A DNA stretch of 59,769 nt, filler included. It is 6 parts of 6 records of this genome, joined end to end, with 100 filler letters (N's around TTAATTAATTAA, not from the genome) between each part and the next. Parts side by side here need not be neighbours in the genome. Positions count along the whole stretch, not along the records: positions 54,232 to 59,769 come from SRR31156797_7767; 5 more parts are not named here. One strand, given 5' to 3'. The notes below the pieces were generated by a model that had not been told where the DNA came from, did not search any database, and was given only the letters and a program-made list of their open reading frames with translations. Positions 59,599 to 59,769 of the stretch are shown one piece after another; position 1 is the first letter of the stretch, and every line of letters starts with the position of its first letter. A program made the position numbers and the translations under genes.

Positions 59599-59638
59599 AA
59601 AGACCTTGTTAGCTTACAAGGTCTTTGTTATTTTTTTG
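59599..59638 (+). terminator. Intrinsic terminator
   Basis: AAAGACCTTGT-loop-ACAAGGTCTTT + T-rich tail. Confidence 0.8.
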
Positions 59639-59769
59639 TTAAAAATACAAGAACTTGTATGAATATGCAAAAATATTGTAAAGTTTGAATAATTTTTGCA
59701 AACTATCATTAAATAATACTTAAAACTGGTCGATAATTAGTAATGATATAGTAGGAGGTGAGGCTATGG

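Noticed and set aside
1-59769. CRISPR arrays, tRNA/rRNA, transposases, integrases, recognisable anti-phage defence genes
   Set aside because: By eye I saw no regularly spaced repeat-spacer units, cloverleaf or rRNA signatures, or the relevant protein motifs; a covariance-model search was not possible
59754-59769. AGGAGGTG SD and ATG at the window end
   Set aside because: Probably the start of the next gene, but only one full codon is visible

Overview
The window is not one locus. It is six contigs joined by 100-bp artificial linkers (44 N + TTAATTAATTAA + 44 N) at 7654-7753, 16343-16442, 32534-32633, 47533-47632 and 54132-54231. Taxon calls below are inferred from gene content and style. Contig 1 (1-7653, Campylobacterota, Arcobacter/Sulfurimonas-like): c-di-GMP and two-component signalling genes plus dbpA. 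Contig 2 (7754-16342, Bacteroidota): part of a probable rhamnogalacturonan-II utilisation locus (GH106, acetylesterase, DUF5703/GH139-like) interrupted by a split transketolase and a PLP aminotransferase. Contig 3 (16443-32533, Bacteroidota, Marinilabiliales-like): cysteine desulfidase, NarL-type TCS, single-domain receiver and MCP, RND efflux system with a LytS/LytTR pair, arsC-like gene, dinB and a structured non-coding element. Contigs 4-5 (32634-54131, Arcobacter-like): TCSs, TAXI-TRAP transporter, a stand-alone degenerate Hsp90 N-domain, the htpG 3' end, era, a T2SS/competence-like locus and folE. Contig 6 (54232-59769, low-GC flagellated organism with strong SD sites): fliD with a large insertion, a DOMON lipoprotein and an apparently catalytically dead GH13 lipoprotein. 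I saw no rRNA, tRNA, CRISPR array or transposase. Best leads: the transketolase/aminotransferase cassette inside the RG-II-like locus, the FliD insertion, the pseudo-GH13/DOMON pair, the mini-HtpG, and two long G-U-rich hairpin elements. All family calls come from motif recognition only; no searches were run.
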